DNA of 64,000 nucleotides from Deltaproteobacteria bacterium (GTDB lineage Bacteria; Desulfobacterota; Desulfovibrionia; Desulfovibrionales; Desulfovibrionaceae): NCBI GenBank assembly GCA_031285295.1, contig JAITWK010000025.1, positions 2,967 to 66,966 of the forward strand, read 5' to 3'. Shown piece by piece: positions 62,200 to 64,000 of this stretch (position 1 is its first letter; each line of letters starts with the position of its first letter). The notes under the pieces were generated by a model. It saw only the letters and a program-made list of their open reading frames with translations, ran no database searches and was not told where the DNA came from. The position numbers and the translations under genes were made by a program.

Positions 62200-63510
62200 A
62201 TGCAAAACAAGGCTCAGGATACGGTTTTTGTTGATCGTTATACCAACGGCATTTTGGGGCCAAAGGTGGAGATGCTCGGCCCGGTAAAAGACGGCGGTTA
62301 CATTGTTGCCAATACCGCGCCGGGTTGCTGGGGGCCGATGCTTACTCCGGGACTGCGCGGCGGGCATGAGGTTACCATGCCTGTAATCGTGGAAGGTGCG
62401 GAAGTTGGTGATGCCATTGCCATCCGCATTCTTGGGGTTGATGTTACCTCCACGGTTACTGCCTCCGGCAACGATGCCGCCATTGAAGGGCGCTTTAACG
62501 GCGATCCTTTTGTGGCGGGCAAGTGTGCCTCCTGCGGGGCGCTGAATCCGGAAACCAAACTGGTGGGCATTGGCGCGGGGGCGGTGCGCTGTGTGAAATG
62601 CGGGGCAGAGGCTTCGCCCTTCAAATTTAATAACGGTTACACCATCGCCTTTAATGAAGGGCGCAGCGTTGGGGTAACGCTGAGCAAAGCGGGCGCGGAA
62701 AAAGCGGCACATAACGCCGCAAACTGCATGCGCATTCCGGCGCATTCCATTCAGCACCCGGTGGTGGCGCTTGCTCCGCATGATATGCCGGGCATGATTG
62801 CCAGGTTGTGTCCGTTTTTGGGGCAGATCGGCACCACTCCTTCCGCTGATTTTCCGGATTCGCACAACGCGGGCGACTTCGGGCAATTCCTGATTGGCGC
62901 TCCGCACGAATACGCCAAGGATGCCGCCGGGCTGGAACACCGTACCGACGGGCATATGGATGTCAATATGGTACGGCGGGGCGCGATTTTGATTTGTCCG
63001 GTAAAGGTGCCGGGCGGTGGGGTATATGTGGGCGATGCGCACGCCATGCAGGGCGATGGTGAAATTGCCGGGCATACCTGCGATGTGGCCGCTTTGGCTA
63101 CCTTGCGCGTGCATGTGATCAAAAAACTAGCCATTGATGGCCCGATCCTGCTGCCGCTGGCCGAAGATTTACCCATGCTGGCCCGTCCGTTCAGTGAATG
63201 CGAATATGCCGCTGCCGAAGCTCTGGCCAAGGAGTGGGGCAGCCCCGCGCTGGAAAAAACCGCCCCGGTTTCCTTTGTTGGTACTGGCGCGACCTTGAAT
63301 GACGCTATTGCCAACGGACTTGGCCGGGCGGCCAAAGTATTACAGACCAGCGTGGAAGAAATCAAAAATCGCTGCACTATCAACGGCGCTATCCGCATCG
63401 GGCGCGCGCCGGGCGTGGTGACGGTAACCTTCCTCGCGCCAGTGGAAAAGCTGAAAAAACTCGGCATCTATGCTTTTGTTAAAGAACAATACCCCTGCAT
63501 AGCGGAATAA
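62200..63510 (+). CDS. acetamidase/formamidase (FmdA_AmdA) family protein
   Basis: 436 aa. GPVKDGGYIVANTAPGCWGPMLTP, VEGAEVGDAIAIRI, VYVGDAHAMQGDGEIAGH. Confidence 0.8.
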   Translation: MQNKAQDTVFVDRYTNGILGPKVEMLGPVKDGGYIVANTAPGCWGPMLTPGLRGGHEVTMPVIVEGAEVGDAIAIRILGVDVTSTVTASGNDAAIEGRFNGDPFVAGKCASCGALNPETKLVGIGAGAVRCVKCGAEASPFKFNNGYTIAFNEGRSVGVTLSKAGAEKAAHNAANCMRIPAHSIQHPVVALAPHDMPGMIARLCPFLGQIGTTPSADFPDSHNAGDFGQFLIGAPHEYAKDAAGLEHRTDGHMDVNMVRRGAILICPVKVPGGGVYVGDAHAMQGDGEIAGHTCDVAALATLRVHVIKKLAIDGPILLPLAEDLPMLARPFSECEYAAAEALAKEWGSPALEKTAPVSFVGTGATLNDAIANGLGRAAKVLQTSVEEIKNRCTINGAIRIGRAPGVVTVTFLAPVEKLKKLGIYAFVKEQYPCIAE

Positions 63511-63552
63511 CAGATAATACCACTATCCGGCCTTTGATTTTCAAGCATTAAA

Positions 63553-63600
63553 ATCCCCCGCGCATATCAATTCAAATGATTGCGCGGGGGATTGTGTTTT
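63553..63600 (+). terminator. rho-independent terminator
   Basis: ATCCCCCGCGCA...TGCGCGGGGGAT (12-bp stem) followed by TGTGTTTT. Confidence 0.8.
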
Positions 63601-63701
63601 CGGCAACAGGTAAACCATGTATTTTGACACGCCCCCTCTTTGGATGTAGCTTGCGCCTGTAAATTCCGGCAATTTCTGTTGCCAAACCTGGGGTATCAGT
63701 C

Positions 63702-64000
63702 ATGAAATTTTCTCATATTGCCCGGCGCGTTATAGCGTTGGGTTGTCTACTTCTGCTCCTGCCCGGCTGCGGCGACAAAGCCGATCAGCCGAAGGCGGAA
63801 TATGCCGAGCTGGTCTATGCGGTGGTAGCCACGGAAAAAGTAACCCTGACCAACAATTTGCCGGGCCGGGTTTCGGCCTTCATTGTCTCGGAAGTGCGTC
63901 CGCAAGTGGACGGCATCATCCTTGAGCGTCTTTTTGAAGAAGGGGCGGACGTGGAGATGGGGCAGGTTTTATATCAGATTGATCCGGCCATGTATCAGGC
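63702..64000 (+). CDS. efflux RND transporter periplasmic adaptor (AcrA/MexA-like lipoprotein), 5'-partial view (continues past the window end)
   Basis: My own translation from ATG 63702: MKFSHIARRVIALGCLLLLLPGCGDKADQPKAEYAELVYAVVATEKVTLTNNLPGRVSAFIVSEVRPQVDGIILERLFEEGADVEMGQVLYQIDPAMYQ. It has a lipobox LPGC and the canonical adaptor N-terminus. The frame is open to position 64000. Confidence 0.88.
   Translation, partial: MKFSHIARRVIALGCLLLLLPGCGDKADQPKAEYAELVYAVVATEKVTLTNNLPGRVSAFIVSEVRPQVDGIILERLFEEGADVEMGQVLYQIDPAMYQ

Noticed and set aside
1-64000. CRISPR arrays, IS elements/transposases, prophage genes and toxin-antitoxin pairs.
   Set aside because: No regularly spaced direct repeats, no DDE or serine/tyrosine recombinase signatures, and no small paired ORFs with TA-like features were seen anywhere in the window.

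Overview
64-kb chromosomal window from a high-GC bacterium. The housekeeping proteins look Desulfovibrio-like, but that is inference only; no search was run. Calls rest on the ORF track, my own translation and recognised motifs.

(1) Positions 1-22.4 kb are ordinary core genome, almost all on the minus strand. It holds a 3'-partial U32 peptidase, metK, panC, an L,D-transpeptidase, pyrE, mltA, tkt-rpe and a MerR regulator. It also holds the conserved thrS-infC-rpmI-rplT-pheS-pheT block. One visibly AT-rich DUF3800 islet interrupts it.

(2) Two divergent tRNA-Val genes (22.49-22.80 kb) border a ~39-kb accessory block (22.8-62.1 kb).

(3) That block encodes a complete Ysc-type type III secretion system: sctC, D, F, I, J, K, L, N, O, P, Q, R, S, T, U, W and V, with YscE/G-like needle chaperones. 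It also carries LcrG/LcrH/YopB/YopD-like translocon genes, SycN/YscB/YscX/YscY-like accessory genes and two chaperone-effector cassettes.

(4) The same block carries an unusual regulatory layer:
- a 12-TM membrane domain fused to a LuxR HTH;
- a sensor-less sigma-54 enhancer-binding protein (EBP) whose GAFTGA loop reads GVASGV;
- at least three strong -24/-12 promoters placed directly in front of T3SS and effector operons;
- a STAS / RsbW-like kinase / HAMP-PP2C partner-switching module.

(5) A divergent three-gene operon ends in a TPR plus beta-barrel outer-membrane protein that resembles Slam/DUF560 (type XI secretion). A FecR-domain protein is encoded just upstream of it.

(6) The right end has a formamidase-family gene and the 5' part of an RND efflux adaptor.

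No CRISPR array, transposase or integrase was seen.
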